A DNA stretch of 64,000 nucleotides from Sedimentisphaerales bacterium (GTDB lineage Bacteria; Planctomycetota; Phycisphaerae; Sedimentisphaerales; UBA12454), in the NCBI GenBank assembly GCA_016930635.1, contig JAFGGI010000042.1, positions 2,901-66,900 of the forward strand. Direction: 5' to 3'. The notes under the pieces are model-generated. The model saw only the letters and a program-made list of their open reading frames with translations, was not told the DNA's origin and searched no databases. Made by a program: the position numbers and the translations under genes. Below, piece by piece: positions 46,739 through 57,084 of the stretch (positions are counted from its first letter, which is position 1; every line of letters starts with the position of its first letter).

Positions 46739-46965
46739 TAACGTTTTGAAGAAATCATGTATAAATGTTTTAGTTTTTTTATCTCCCTGTTCTTCCATTT
46801 TTTTTAATTTTACCACCGGGGTGGGGAAAAGCGGAATAAAAAATTGGTGCGGGGCGGAAATTTTTTGTGGGATTTCAACCCCCGGTGAAATAAACCCTGC
46901 CATAGTGATGGCGGGGCTAACCTAAACAATAATACCCCCCGGCACAGGTCCGGGGGCTAAACTAA

Positions 46966-47970
46966 TTAGTCCCATTTGTGTTGTTTGATGGACTTTAATA
47001 TTTCCTCGGCACATTGCAGAGCGGCCAGGCCTTCTTCGGCGGTAACTTCAGGTCTTTGGGTGGCATCAGCTACGGCATTTAAAAACGCTTCCTGCTCAAC
47101 TCGAAGAGGTTCTTTGTCGTTGATATCGAGCTGTTCGATGTGAAGCAGGTCGGGCCAGTTTACTCCGCTGAAATCAAAATTACCTTCGGCCTGTTTTTCT
47201 TTTATCCATTTGACGGCATCACTGTTCGGGTCTGCTTTAATTGCAATGCCTTCTTTCTTTAGAAAGTCGAGGCTCAAATACGCCTGTTTACTGAAGAGGC
47301 GAATTTTTCTTACCGTCTTAAGTGCAAGTCTTGATGCGGTTACGTTTGCCATGCTGCCATTTTCAAATGTGATCCTTGCATTACATATATCTTCATAGTC
47401 GCCGACGACATTTACGCCTATGGCATCGACTTTTTTGACTTTGCTTTGGGCGAGGGCAAGAATGATATCAATATCGTGAATCATTACATCGAGTACAACA
47501 CCGATATCGGTCGAACGGAATGAATAAGGACTGATACGGGTTGCTTCGATGAATTTTGGTTCGATTTCGAGACGTTTCATAGCCTGGACGACGGGATTGC
47601 ATCTTTCAGAATGGCCCACGGCAACGATAGTGTTATTTTCCTTCGCGAGTGAGACTATTTTTTCGCCCTGGGCGGTACTGGCGGCGAGAGGTTTTTCAAT
47701 CAGTACTGGAATTTTATTAGCGATAAACATTTCTGCGAGGGTGAGATGGCTTTGAGTGGGAGCGGAGATGGTTACGGCATCTACTTTCCCTATAAGTTCT
47801 TTGCAGTCTGTAAAGAAGTTACACTTGCTCGCCTTTGCGAGTTTTTTTGCTTTGTCCTTTTGAATATCAACTATCGCGACAAGGTCTGATTGGGGAAGTT
47901 TTTTGAGGACTTTGGCGTGGATCTGTCCCATTTTGCCTGCCCCTACCACTGCTGTTCTTATCTTATCCAT
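46966..47970 (-). CDS. Gfo/Idh/MocA-family NAD(P)-dependent oxidoreductase
   Basis: 334 aa with an N-terminal Rossmann motif IRTAVVGAGKMGQIHA and an EKP motif (LIEKPLA). It lies immediately downstream of lpxA. Confidence 0.8.
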   Translation of the reverse strand: MDKIRTAVVGAGKMGQIHAKVLKKLPQSDLVAIVDIQKDKAKKLAKASKCNFFTDCKELIGKVDAVTISAPTQSHLTLAEMFIANKIPVLIEKPLAASTAQGEKIVSLAKENNTIVAVGHSERCNPVVQAMKRLEIEPKFIEATRISPYSFRSTDIGVVLDVMIHDIDIILALAQSKVKKVDAIGVNVVGDYEDICNARITFENGSMANVTASRLALKTVRKIRLFSKQAYLSLDFLKKEGIAIKADPNSDAVKWIKEKQAEGNFDFSGVNWPDLLHIEQLDINDKEPLRVEQEAFLNAVADATQRPEVTAEEGLAALQCAEEILKSIKQHKWD

Positions 47971-48054
47971 TTACAACCTAAAAATAACCACGAATTAACA
48001 CAAATAAACACTTGTTTTACCGCTCACTTACGTTCGCGGCTCTGATACAAATTT

Positions 48055-48870
48055 TTAATGTTCTGTTCTTCTGAGTGATTCAAGGTATCTGCCGAAGCGA
48101 TGCTGGCTGCTTTTGATAACCGAATCGGTCATAGCTTTTACATTTTCATCGAGGCCGGATTGGGCGGCAAGAGTTTTGGCGTTTTCGACGAGAGAGGTTT
48201 TCTTTTTATAAAGAACCTTAAAGGCATCGTTAATCGCCTTTTGCTGTTTTTCATCAAGACCTGCGCGAGTCAGTCCTCTTTTGTTTACGGTTCTGACTTC
48301 GGGCGGATAGTGGCCGCTGACAACGACGAAAGGTGTTACATCCCGATTGAGACCTGCAAAGCCTGCGGCATAGCTCCACTGGCCGATAGTAACGAACTGA
48401 TGTATCTGGACGGTGCCGCTTAGCCAGACGCCAGTTTCTATCTTGCAGTGGCCGCTGACCTGTGTGCTGTTGCTGATAACTGTTTTGTCTTCAATTACAC
48501 AATCATGACCGACGTGGACGCCTATCATAATCATATTCTCATTGCCTATTTTTGTTATCCCGTCCGGGTATATGCTTGGATGTATGGTTACAAATTCACG
48601 AATGATGTTGCTGTCGCCGATCTGGAGGGCGCCGAATTTGCTATCAGGTGTTGCGCCGAGCATTTGAGGATTTTTTCCAATGACACAGCCCGGATAAAAG
48701 AGGTTATTTTTCCCGATCTTTACATTTTTTGCGATCACAACATTGGCATCCAGTACACAGCCCGAACCAATACTGGTTTCTGCTTCTACGACACAGCCCG
48801 GGCCTATTGTAACATCTTTGCCGATCTCTGCACTTGTGTCTATCACTGCTGCTGGGTGTATTTTACTCAT
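48055..48870 (-). CDS. lpxA: acyl-ACP--UDP-N-acetylglucosamine O-acyltransferase
   Basis: 271 aa with an MSKIHPAAVID start, left-handed beta-helix hexapeptide repeats and an LpxA-type helical C-terminal domain. Confidence 0.9.
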   Translation of the reverse strand: MSKIHPAAVIDTSAEIGKDVTIGPGCVVEAETSIGSGCVLDANVVIAKNVKIGKNNLFYPGCVIGKNPQMLGATPDSKFGALQIGDSNIIREFVTIHPSIYPDGITKIGNENMIMIGVHVGHDCVIEDKTVISNSTQVSGHCKIETGVWLSGTVQIHQFVTIGQWSYAAGFAGLNRDVTPFVVVSGHYPPEVRTVNKRGLTRAGLDEKQQKAINDAFKVLYKKKTSLVENAKTLAAQSGLDENVKAMTDSVIKSSQHRFGRYLESLRRTEH

Positions 48871-48900
48871 TATTTATTTTCCTGAAAATTTTATAATAAC

Positions 48901-50214
48901 TTATCTGACCGCATCATCGTCAACCAGCATAAACTTGATCTCGGCTTCTGCGGCTTTTGCTCCGGAAACGGTCGCTTCACACTTACATACAGCGATTTTG
49001 CTTCGGACCTTTACGGTTTGAGCGGTGAGTATGAGCTGGTCGCCGGGTACAACACTTTTTCTTAATTTTACAGCGTCCATTCCCAACAGGACGGCAAGTT
49101 TACCGGTATGCTCGAGTTTCTGGGCAAAGAGCAGACCTGAGACCTGTGCCATAGCTTCGAGGACAAGGACTCCCGGCATTATAGGTGTAGACGGGAAATG
49201 TCCCTGGAAGAACATTTCATTAAAGGTAACATTTTTTACGCCTTTGATGAACCTGTCGCCGTCAATTTCAATGACCTTATCTACGAGGAGGAACGGATAA
49301 CGGTGCGGCAGAATTTTTTGTATTCTTCGGATATCGAGCAGTGCATTTGTTCCTGCTTCGCTTATCCTGTCGTAGTTTTCGGCCTGAGCGAGGATTTGTT
49401 TTGCGAGTTTCTGGTTCAGATTGTGGCCGCTTTTGTAAGCGACTATTCGGCCGGTGATCTTTCTGCCGATCAAAGACAGGTCGCCAATAAGATCAACGAC
49501 TTTGTGCCTGACACATTCGTCACTGAATCGGTAGCTATTTTTAATAGGGCCATCGGAACCGATAACCAGTATATCGCGAGGTCCCAAATGCGTACCGATA
49601 CCGTGGGCCTGGAACTGTTTTGCCTCGGCTTCGAGCAGAAATGTTCTGGCAGGTGCGAGATTTTTTTCAAAATATTCTGTGGTCATTGTACAACTGAGCA
49701 GCTGTCTGCCGATACCTGTATGTTTCGTGTAATCCATATCATAGGTAATCTCAAGGCCATCGCTGCTGCTTGGCAGAGCATAAATGGAGGCTCCTGCTTC
49801 GTTGAAGCTGATGGCTTCTTTTACGGCAAATTCTTTTCTCGGCAGCTTCTGCTCGACAAAGCCGCATTTTTTGAGAGTTTTGAAATACTCATTGCTTCCG
49901 CCGTCAAGTCCCGGCATTTCTGAGGCGGCCACTTCGACAATGATATTGTCAATTTCCAGGGCGCTTAGAGCGGCCATACAATGTTCAATCGTTTCGACAG
50001 AAGCGTTCGATTTGGCGATAGCGGTTCTGCGGCCTCGCTCGGCAATGTTTTTTACATTTGCCTCTATGCGTACGGGCATATCGAGGTCTGTTCTGACAAA
50101 AACAATACCGGTATCGGCATCAGCGGGAAGGAATTTTACGGTTGACTCTACTCCGCTGAACATGCCCTTACCGGCAAGTTTAGCCTCCTGGGCTATTGTT
50201 CTTTGAGGCTTCAA
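48901..50214 (-). CDS. lpxC/fabZ: bifunctional UDP-3-O-acyl-GlcNAc deacetylase / 3-hydroxyacyl-ACP dehydratase (LpxC-FabZ fusion)
   Basis: 437 aa with an LpxC N-terminal half ([24 protein letters not shown]) and a FabZ C-terminal half ([29 protein letters not shown]). Confidence 0.92.
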   Translation of the reverse strand: MKPQRTIAQEAKLAGKGMFSGVESTVKFLPADADTGIVFVRTDLDMPVRIEANVKNIAERGRRTAIAKSNASVETIEHCMAALSALEIDNIIVEVAASEMPGLDGGSNEYFKTLKKCGFVEQKLPRKEFAVKEAISFNEAGASIYALPSSSDGLEITYDMDYTKHTGIGRQLLSCTMTTEYFEKNLAPARTFLLEAEAKQFQAHGIGTHLGPRDILVIGSDGPIKNSYRFSDECVRHKVVDLIGDLSLIGRKITGRIVAYKSGHNLNQKLAKQILAQAENYDRISEAGTNALLDIRRIQKILPHRYPFLLVDKVIEIDGDRFIKGVKNVTFNEMFFQGHFPSTPIMPGVLVLEAMAQVSGLLFAQKLEHTGKLAVLLGMDAVKLRKSVVPGDQLILTAQTVKVRSKIAVCKCEATVSGAKAAEAEIKFMLVDDDAVR

Positions 50215-51241
50215 GTTCTTCGACTCGCTTTATAAGTTGTTTTAATTGTTTGCTCATTTCGGGCAATTTCTGCTGAATGAGTACCTGCTTTATTTTTTCT
50301 TTTGCATCTATAGCAGGCGAACCAACAACCTTCTGATTCGGTTCGATATTTTTTACGATGCCTGCCTGTGCACCTACCTGTGTCATATCACCGATTGTTA
50401 CGTGGTCTTTTACACCGACCTGGCCGGCGAGTACGACGCCGTTGCCGAGCTTTGCACTTCCGGCAAGGCCGACCTGTCCTGCAATCAAGCAGCATTTACC
50501 TATTATTACATTATGTGCAATCTGCACAAGATTATCCACTTTAGTCCCGGCACCAATGAGAGTGTGTCCGAATTTTGCTCTGTCAACACAGCAGTTCGCT
50601 CCTATTTCTACACAGTCTTCAATAACAACTGTGCCTGTATGAGGAATCAGTTTGTGCCGGCCATCAATAAAATAATAACCAAATCCGGTTGCGCCTATTG
50701 TGGAGTTGGCGGCAATAACGCAATTATTTCCAATGGTACAATTATGATAAATTACTACATTATCTTCTATTCTGCAGTCGGCACCTATTACAGAATTTTC
50801 GCCGATCTTGCATCCTGCACCTATAACGGTTTGCAGGCCTATTTTAGCGCCTTTTTTTATACAGGCAAGAGGACCTATGGATGCGGTTTTGTCTATTGAG
50901 GTGCCTTCTTCGGCGACAGCGGTTTTATGAATACCCGGGACAGGCGGAGTGAGTTCAGGCATAAATTGTTTCAGCACCGTAATCAGGGCTTTTTCGACAT
51001 TATCGACGACAAGAAGCGGAATTGATGTTTTAACTTCTTTTGAGACAATCGCCGCAGCGGCATTACAGTCTGCTATATTTTCGAGTAGTTTTTCGTTTAC
51101 AGCAAAGGTAATGCAGTCTTTTTGAGCGGAGTCAATCGGCGCTGCTCGAGAGATTTGCGCGCTGCCGGAACCTACGAGCCGGGCACCGGTTATCTCGGCA
51201 AGCTGAGTAACCGTGTATTTCTTCTGCGTATCTTTAGTCAT
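50180..51241 (-). CDS. lpxD: UDP-3-O-acylglucosamine N-acyltransferase
   Basis: 353 aa with an [14 protein letters not shown]-terminal domain and hexapeptide repeats. Its 3' end overlaps the lpxC/fabZ start by 35 nt. Confidence 0.9.
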   Translation of the reverse strand: MTKDTQKKYTVTQLAEITGARLVGSGSAQISRAAPIDSAQKDCITFAVNEKLLENIADCNAAAAIVSKEVKTSIPLLVVDNVEKALITVLKQFMPELTPPVPGIHKTAVAEEGTSIDKTASIGPLACIKKGAKIGLQTVIGAGCKIGENSVIGADCRIEDNVVIYHNCTIGNNCVIAANSTIGATGFGYYFIDGRHKLIPHTGTVVIEDCVEIGANCCVDRAKFGHTLIGAGTKVDNLVQIAHNVIIGKCCLIAGQVGLAGSAKLGNGVVLAGQVGVKDHVTIGDMTQVGAQAGIVKNIEPNQKVVGSPAIDAKEKIKQVLIQQKLPEMSKQLKQLIKRVEELEASKNNSPGG

Positions 51242-51266
51242 ATTTTATGATAAAAACCGCTTTTAT

Positions 51267-51878
51267 TTACTTTTTATTCATAAGTTCAAGGACTTCTTCT
51301 GTAATATCGAGGTCCGGATTATGATAAAACAGTTTATGTGTTTTTGTGGTCATAACCAGATCGGCAGGTGTTTGTGCGGGAGGAGAAGTATCCGGCTGGT
51401 TGAGATAATTATCATCTCTGCTGATGACTATATCAAGTCCTTTGTCCTTAGCGACAGTTGCAATGACTTCGAGTATTTTTCGGTATATCTTTTCCTTGCC
51501 CTGCATTTCCTTTACGATAAGCTCCTGCTGATAGAATCCCTGTTTAGCATCAAGCTGTGATTGTTTCATCATCATTTCCTGGAGCATTTTAAGATAGTCG
51601 TCGCTGGTTTGTTTTCTTTTTTCCAGTGCGGCTTTATCTATTTCGATGCTTTCGTTGAGCTGTTTTAACTCTTCGAATTTTGCATCGCCCTGTGCGCTGA
51701 GGTCCTTTTCGACCTCTTCTTTCATATCACATTTATCGAAAACTTCCTTGAGACTGACGATGCCTATTCTCGGCGGGGCTATATCTTTTTTCTTTGCAGC
51801 CTGTGAATATTCCATTCCTATTACCAACAGGGTCAAGCTGGCCATAAAAACCATCATAACAAAATCTCTTCTTTTCAT
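51267..51878 (-). CDS. skp: periplasmic chaperone Skp/OmpH
   Basis: 203 aa with a signal peptide and long coiled-coil Lys/Glu/Gln-rich arms. It occupies the canonical position between bamA and lpxD. Confidence 0.8.
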   Translation of the reverse strand: MKRRDFVMMVFMASLTLLVIGMEYSQAAKKKDIAPPRIGIVSLKEVFDKCDMKEEVEKDLSAQGDAKFEELKQLNESIEIDKAALEKRKQTSDDYLKMLQEMMMKQSQLDAKQGFYQQELIVKEMQGKEKIYRKILEVIATVAKDKGLDIVISRDDNYLNQPDTSPPAQTPADLVMTTKTHKLFYHNPDLDITEEVLELMNKK

Positions 51879-51915
51879 AATCTGCCTTTCCTAATTTCAA
51901 ATAAAATTATCTTTT

Positions 51916-54306
51916 CTAAAACATACCGCCCACAGAGAAGCTGAACATTTCTGTATCATCATCGCCATGCTTCATCCACGGATATGCGAGTTCAAATCTC
52001 ATGGGCACCTCTCCGAATAACTGCGGTATCATAATTTGAATACCTACACCTATAGATGACCGGAGGCCCCCCGTGTCAATTATACAGCCGTCGACGAACA
52101 AGAGTCCTGCGAGTGATTTTTCCGTTAGCGGTATATTAAGTTCTGCGCTGGCATCGGCTATCCAGTCGCTGCCGACGGGGTCATCATCCGGTCCGGAACG
52201 CGGGCTGATACCATAGTACGAAAAACCTCTTATGCTTCCCAGGCCTCCTGCATAGTATTTTTCAAATAACGGTGCATCACCTATGATAGCACCGGCATGC
52301 ACTCTTGTTTCGAGAACGGTTTTTTTTCTGGCCAGGTCCTCTTTGACTACTTTGTACCATTTGCATGAGCCGTCAATGACGCCAAACGTATGGTCTCCGG
52401 CGACCTGTTCATAACTTAGTCCATATCTTTTACCCTTTGTAGGATTGATCAGCTTATCTGTTGTATTTCTCCCGAACCCAATGCTGACACCAGCGAGGAG
52501 GTTATCTCCCTTTACATCAACTACTTCTTTTGGTGCGTCGGAGGCGAGATTTTCTACGCCGACATTCTGAAGCCGAAATGATATGGACCTGTACTTTCCT
52601 TCTTTCAGTCTTTTTGTAAATCCAAGATGTCCGCTTAATCTTTCCTCATCAAAACTTGTTCTATAACGCTGCCAACTCGAAGCGGAAGTGGTCATACTTA
52701 CAGGTTTATCCCTGAAATACGGTTCGGTAAAGCTTATCGAATATGAGCTTACTTCTGTACCCGGCTCCGCAGCAACTCTGAAAGTCTGTCCGGCGCCTTT
52801 GAATGCATCTTCTGAAAAGATTTTGCGCCAGCTTTTAGGCCATTTTTTGAAATCGAAATTTCTTTGTTCATATACGGCCTGTCCTATCAGTCCGTCGGCA
52901 CTGCTTATGCCGGCACCGAACATTATCATACCAGTTTTGCCTTCTGTGATTCTTACCTCAGCATCTTTCTGGGTATCCTGTTTTTCTTCTTCTATAGGCA
53001 TAATAGGCGTAATGGTAACTGTTTCGGCATAGATGGTGGCTTTGAGGCCTTTTTCGAGGTCTCCTTCGCCGTCGCCTTTGGCATTATGCGCATTGTACCA
53101 CTGGCCGGGAGTGAAGCCTGTTTCGTCGAGGACGCGTCTTATAACTTTGTCCTGTGTGGCAGAATTACCGGAAATATTTACCTGGCCTATCTGGTAACGC
53201 AGACCTTCGTTTATATCAAATCGTGCAATTACCTGGTCATCCGCAGTGAACTGTCTGTGTGTTTTAACTTCAACATCAACAAAACCTGCTCTTCGATATC
53301 GCTCAAGTATTTCGTCTTTGCATTCATCGGCTTCTTCGTTACTGTAGAAATCGCCCTCTTTGAGCCTGAACGTATCGGCCAGGTTTGCGTCACTGTAAAA
53401 TTCGTTTCCGACGAAATCTATTTTTTTAATGGCGTATCTTTTACCCTCTTCTATCACATAAACAAGATTTGCTTTTTTTCTGTTTTTGGAAAAATCCACT
53501 CTGTGAGAGACCTTTGTATCAAGATAGCCTCTTTTGTCATAGGCTTTCTGCAGCTGGACGAGGTCATCCTGAATTACCTTTTCCTGATAATAGTTTTGCA
53601 TGAAGAAGTATTGTCTGGGTTTACTTTTGATAACCTTTTTTAGTTCCTTATCTTTTATCGAATCATTTTCCTCAAAGACTACCTTGCTGATCTTTACCCT
53701 TGGTCCTTCGTCGATTGTGTAATGCAGTATTCCTTTTTCGATGCCGGAGATGTCATAATCGATCTTAACGTAAGGGTAACCGGTGGTATGATAGAACTTG
53801 AGCAGTCTTTCGGCGCCATTTTGTGCGGTGAGTTTATCGAGGTAATCGCCCTTTTTGAATTCGAGTTTTTCCAGCAGTTTATCTTTCCCGTATTTTCTCT
53901 TTGCGCTGAAGGTTACGTCGCGGATGAGAGTTTTTTCCTTTATTACAAAGATAAGTTTTATTTTATCGCCAACCGGTTCGATACTGTAATAGGCTAATTC
54001 GACACCATTAATGGTGGCAATTCTTTTGACATCCTCCTGGGCCTGGGCATCACTGAAGAGTCGTCCGACTTTGCTTCTTATCGTCGAGTATATTTCATGA
54101 TTTTTGATATTAATATTGCCCACCGTTTCAATGGTATCTATGACTTTTCCTTCATAAGCTGCGGAGCCCGGGTCGGCCGCCTGTGCAGAGACATAAAATA
54201 TAAAAGATAATATAAGTGCAATAAATAAGGTCTGCAGCAGTTTACGATTTTTAGAGCAGCTACTCAAATTCAGCATAAAATCCCTTTCGTGCAAATTTTT
54301 TAACAT
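51916..54306 (-). CDS. bamA: outer membrane protein assembly factor BamA
   Basis: 796 aa with POTRA repeats (I..I.F.GN pattern repeated) and a C-terminal beta-barrel ending ...FSFSVGGMF. The start may be an internal Met (MLNLSS...). Confidence 0.9.
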   Translation of the reverse strand: MLKNLHERDFMLNLSSCSKNRKLLQTLFIALILSFIFYVSAQAADPGSAAYEGKVIDTIETVGNINIKNHEIYSTIRSKVGRLFSDAQAQEDVKRIATINGVELAYYSIEPVGDKIKLIFVIKEKTLIRDVTFSAKRKYGKDKLLEKLEFKKGDYLDKLTAQNGAERLLKFYHTTGYPYVKIDYDISGIEKGILHYTIDEGPRVKISKVVFEENDSIKDKELKKVIKSKPRQYFFMQNYYQEKVIQDDLVQLQKAYDKRGYLDTKVSHRVDFSKNRKKANLVYVIEEGKRYAIKKIDFVGNEFYSDANLADTFRLKEGDFYSNEEADECKDEILERYRRAGFVDVEVKTHRQFTADDQVIARFDINEGLRYQIGQVNISGNSATQDKVIRRVLDETGFTPGQWYNAHNAKGDGEGDLEKGLKATIYAETVTITPIMPIEEEKQDTQKDAEVRITEGKTGMIMFGAGISSADGLIGQAVYEQRNFDFKKWPKSWRKIFSEDAFKGAGQTFRVAAEPGTEVSSYSISFTEPYFRDKPVSMTTSASSWQRYRTSFDEERLSGHLGFTKRLKEGKYRSISFRLQNVGVENLASDAPKEVVDVKGDNLLAGVSIGFGRNTTDKLINPTKGKRYGLSYEQVAGDHTFGVIDGSCKWYKVVKEDLARKKTVLETRVHAGAIIGDAPLFEKYYAGGLGSIRGFSYYGISPRSGPDDDPVGSDWIADASAELNIPLTEKSLAGLLFVDGCIIDTGGLRSSIGVGIQIMIPQLFGEVPMRFELAYPWMKHGDDDTEMFSFSVGGMF

Positions 54307-54321
54307 ATACAGTCCGCCATT

Positions 54322-55758
54322 TTAAAACGGTTCGGTCACCCTGGCCCTGGGTGTAAATCGAGTATTTGTGCCGTTGAAGTTAAGTTCAATCGTATCAGTC
54401 GGGCCGTTACGCTGTTTTGCAATTATGACCTCGGCACTGTTGGTTTCTTCGTAATCAGTTTCTCCGCGATGATAATAATCCTCTCTATGCAGCAGCATAA
54501 CAACATCAGCATCCTGTTCGATACTTCCACTTTCCCGCAAGTCGCTCATTCTTGGTCTGTGGCCTTCTCTGCCTTCAGGTGAACGATTAAGCTGACTCAA
54601 AACCATCACAGGGACTTCAAGTTCTCTGGCAAGAGCTTTAAGATATCGGCTCATCTGGCTGACTTCCTGCTGTCTTGACTCTATTTTTCCGCCAAGACTC
54701 ATAAGCTGGAGATAGTCTATGATGATACATCCTATTCCGTGCTGAGCCCTGAGCCTTCTTGCTTTTCCGCGCAGTTCGAGCGGAGTTATTCCCGGGGTAT
54801 CGTCGACAAAGATAGGTTTTTCACTCAGTTCACTTGCGGTGTGAACAAGTTCCTGATACTGGTTATCATTTAACAGGCCTTTTCTTACGAGCTGTGAATC
54901 GATCAGTCCCCTGCTGCACAGCATTCTTTCGGCAAGCTGCTGTTTGCTCATTTCAAGTGAAAATATAGCGACAGGTATATTATTGTCTGCGCCGATGTGT
55001 TCAGCGATATTCATCGCAAAGCTTGTCTTTCCCATACTCGGCCTGCCTGCAATGACAATCATTTCACCATTCTGCAGGCCGCAGGTCAAATCATCGAGTT
55101 CGGCAAATCCTGTAGCAAGTCCTGTTACGTGATGTCCTTCCCGCTTATCGATCGCTTCAAATGCCTGAGTGAGCAGGTCTTTTATGGCTACGGCTGAGCC
55201 GGTAATTTTTTTCTGTGTTACGTTGAATATTCTCTGTTCAGCCTTGTCGAGTTTGTCACCTACGTCGCCGGCAGTTTCGAATGCTTCGGTCACAACTTCG
55301 CCGGCAGCTACGATAAGTTCTCTGAGCATTTGCTTTTCTTTTACGATCTGCAGGTAATGTTCGACATTAGCGCTGGACGGTACGGATTCGGCAACTTTGG
55401 CAAGATATTGTGCGCCGCCGACTTCATCAAGCTGATTACGTTTTTTCAGTTCGTCTCTGAGCAATACAAGGTCGAATTGGCTGCCCTTTTTCTCCCATAA
55501 ACCAACAACAGCATCAAACATCATCTGATGCTCAAGACGATAGAATGCCTCGGTTTTTACTCTCTGGACAACGAGCCCGATACATTCCGGGTCGAGCAGC
55601 ATCGAACCAAGTAGTGCCGCTTCAGCTTCAAGCGACTGCGGCATTGTTCTGCCGGCAACAAGATTTGGACTTATCGAAGAATCCATTCGATTATCAGTCT
55701 GAACTTTTTTATTCTGCGTTCTCTGCGTTTTGGTCCTGGTTCTGATTTTTCTGGTCAT
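54322..55758 (-). CDS. dnaB: replicative DNA helicase DnaB
   Basis: PQSLEAEAALLGSML N-terminal motif, Walker A GRPSMGKTSFAMNIA, and an IIIDYLQLM block. An alternative ATG at 55686 (MDSSISPNL...) would remove the 50-nt overlap with rplI. Confidence 0.92.
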   Translation of the reverse strand: MTRKIRTRTKTQRTQNKKVQTDNRMDSSISPNLVAGRTMPQSLEAEAALLGSMLLDPECIGLVVQRVKTEAFYRLEHQMMFDAVVGLWEKKGSQFDLVLLRDELKKRNQLDEVGGAQYLAKVAESVPSSANVEHYLQIVKEKQMLRELIVAAGEVVTEAFETAGDVGDKLDKAEQRIFNVTQKKITGSAVAIKDLLTQAFEAIDKREGHHVTGLATGFAELDDLTCGLQNGEMIVIAGRPSMGKTSFAMNIAEHIGADNNIPVAIFSLEMSKQQLAERMLCSRGLIDSQLVRKGLLNDNQYQELVHTASELSEKPIFVDDTPGITPLELRGKARRLRAQHGIGCIIIDYLQLMSLGGKIESRQQEVSQMSRYLKALARELEVPVMVLSQLNRSPEGREGHRPRMSDLRESGSIEQDADVVMLLHREDYYHRGETDYEETNSAEVIIAKQRNGPTDTIELNFNGTNTRFTPRARVTEPF

Positions 55759-56224
55759 GGTCAGAGGTTTCTAATTCCTGACCTTCAGGTACAATAGTAA
55801 CTTTAACCTGAGCTTCTACATCTTCTGCAAAGACAAGTTTGACAGTATATTGGCCGACTTCCTTGATATGCTCGCCGAGCTTTACATGCTTATCGGCGAC
55901 TTCGAATCCCTGGAGACGAAGATTTGCAGCGATCTGATTTTCATGAATTGAACCAAACAGATGACCCTGCTCATTCGCCTTTGCGGCAATGACAGCTTCT
56001 GCGCCATCGACAGCATTAGCGGCCTTTTTGAGATTATCAATAACGACCTGTCTCTGTTCGGCTCTTTTTGCTTTTTCATCGGCCATTGCCTTTATCTTTG
56101 CCTCGCTTGGAATGGTAGCAATTCTCTGAGGGATAAGATAATTCCTTGCATAGCTCTGGTTGACCTCTACAATGTCTCCATACCAGCCAAGTTTTTCAAC
56201 ATCTTCACACAGTAAAACTTTCAT
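55709..56224 (-). CDS. rplI: 50S ribosomal protein L9 with acidic Q/N/D-rich C-terminal tail
   Basis: MKVLLCEDVEKLGWYGDIVEVNQSYARNYLIPQRIA starts at the ATG at 56224, with GGAGA upstream. The track's TTG start at 56239 overlaps that Shine-Dalgarno sequence. Confidence 0.92.
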   Translation of the reverse strand: MKVLLCEDVEKLGWYGDIVEVNQSYARNYLIPQRIATIPSEAKIKAMADEKAKRAEQRQVVIDNLKKAANAVDGAEAVIAAKANEQGHLFGSIHENQIAANLRLQGFEVADKHVKLGEHIKEVGQYTVKLVFAEDVEAQVKVTIVPEGQELETSDHDQKNQNQDQNAENAE

Positions 56225-56282
56225 ACTAACTATCTCCAAAAAACAATCTGTCGGGTCAAGAGCCCGGTTATTTCACAAACAA

Positions 56283-56561
56283 TTAACTGGTAAACGGCAG
56301 TAAGCCCATAAAACGCGCACGTTTTATGGCCAGTCTGACTTTTCTCTGGCAACTCGCACAGTTTCCGCTGCGTTTTCGTGAGAATATCTTGCCTCGATGT
56401 GTCAGCAGTTTGCCCAGGACATCAAGGTCTTTGTAATCGACATATTTCGTTTTGGAGCGGCAGAACCGGCATTGACTCTGCTCTCTGGTATTTTCCTTGC
56501 GTTTTCTCCTTCTGCTATTATTTGTTTTTGACTTATTTCTGTTAAAACCTTGCGATCTCAC
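56283..56561 (-). CDS. rpsR: 30S ribosomal protein S18
   Basis: 92 aa with CRFC...YVDYKDLDVLGKLLTHRGKIFSRKRSGNCASCQRKVRLAIKRARFMGLLPF. Confidence 0.92.
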   Translation of the reverse strand: MRSQGFNRNKSKTNNSRRRKRKENTREQSQCRFCRSKTKYVDYKDLDVLGKLLTHRGKIFSRKRSGNCASCQRKVRLAIKRARFMGLLPFTS

Positions 56562-56608
56562 TTAAAGGCACTCCTAAATCTATCTTTAAATTATATTTTT
56601 TATTCACT

Positions 56609-57043
56609 TTAAAACGGGATATCATCACTGCCGGGGTGGGCATTATTTTGTGAACCGTAATCTGTGGGTGATTCCTGGGCAAAATCATCTGCGATGCTTT
56701 GCTCATCTCTCTGGCCTGCCGAGAGGAACTGGAAATTCTCCGTTGTCACCCTTAATTTACTTCTTTTAGTACCATCCTGAGCAGTCCAGCTGTCAAAAGT
56801 AAGTCTGCCTTCGAGCATGAGCGGTCTTCCTTTTTTGCAGTATTTGTTAATAGTCTCAGCGGTTTTCCCAAACGCTCTGCAATCTACAAAACAGGTTTCC
56901 TCACGCTTTTGGCCGTCCTGAGCGGTCCATCGGCGGTTAGTAGCGATGCCGAAATCCACTACGGCCGTCTGGCTGGGCGTATAAGACAATTGCGGGTCCC
57001 TGGTAAGGTTTCCGACCAAAATAACTTTATTAAAATTTGCCAT
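56609..57043 (-). CDS. ssb: single-stranded DNA-binding protein
   Basis: 144 aa with MANFNKVILVGNLTRDPQL, an OB fold and the acidic C-terminal tip DDIPF. Confidence 0.92.
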   Translation of the reverse strand: MANFNKVILVGNLTRDPQLSYTPSQTAVVDFGIATNRRWTAQDGQKREETCFVDCRAFGKTAETINKYCKKGRPLMLEGRLTFDSWTAQDGTKRSKLRVTTENFQFLSAGQRDEQSIADDFAQESPTDYGSQNNAHPGSDDIPF

Positions 57044-57084
57044 ATCTATTCCTTCTCACTGTGCCCTGTACGCAGATCAGCCTG

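Noticed and set aside
46697-46903. 68-aa minus-strand ORF between the orphan gene and the oxidoreductase
   Set aside because: It lies entirely within tandem repeats and homopolymer-rich sequence (46671-46900) and has no coding signal.
49198-49923. Long plus-strand ORFs inside lpxC/fabZ, and similar ones at 50246-50899 in lpxD, 52864-53643 in bamA, 43939-44565 in uvrA, 38077-38712 opposite the GT2 gene, 27206-27640 and 27809-28240 opposite ilvC, and 36966-37445 opposite ilvB
   Set aside because: They are antisense shadow ORFs of well-supported conserved genes. Their products are low-complexity or Cys/Phe-rich with no motifs.
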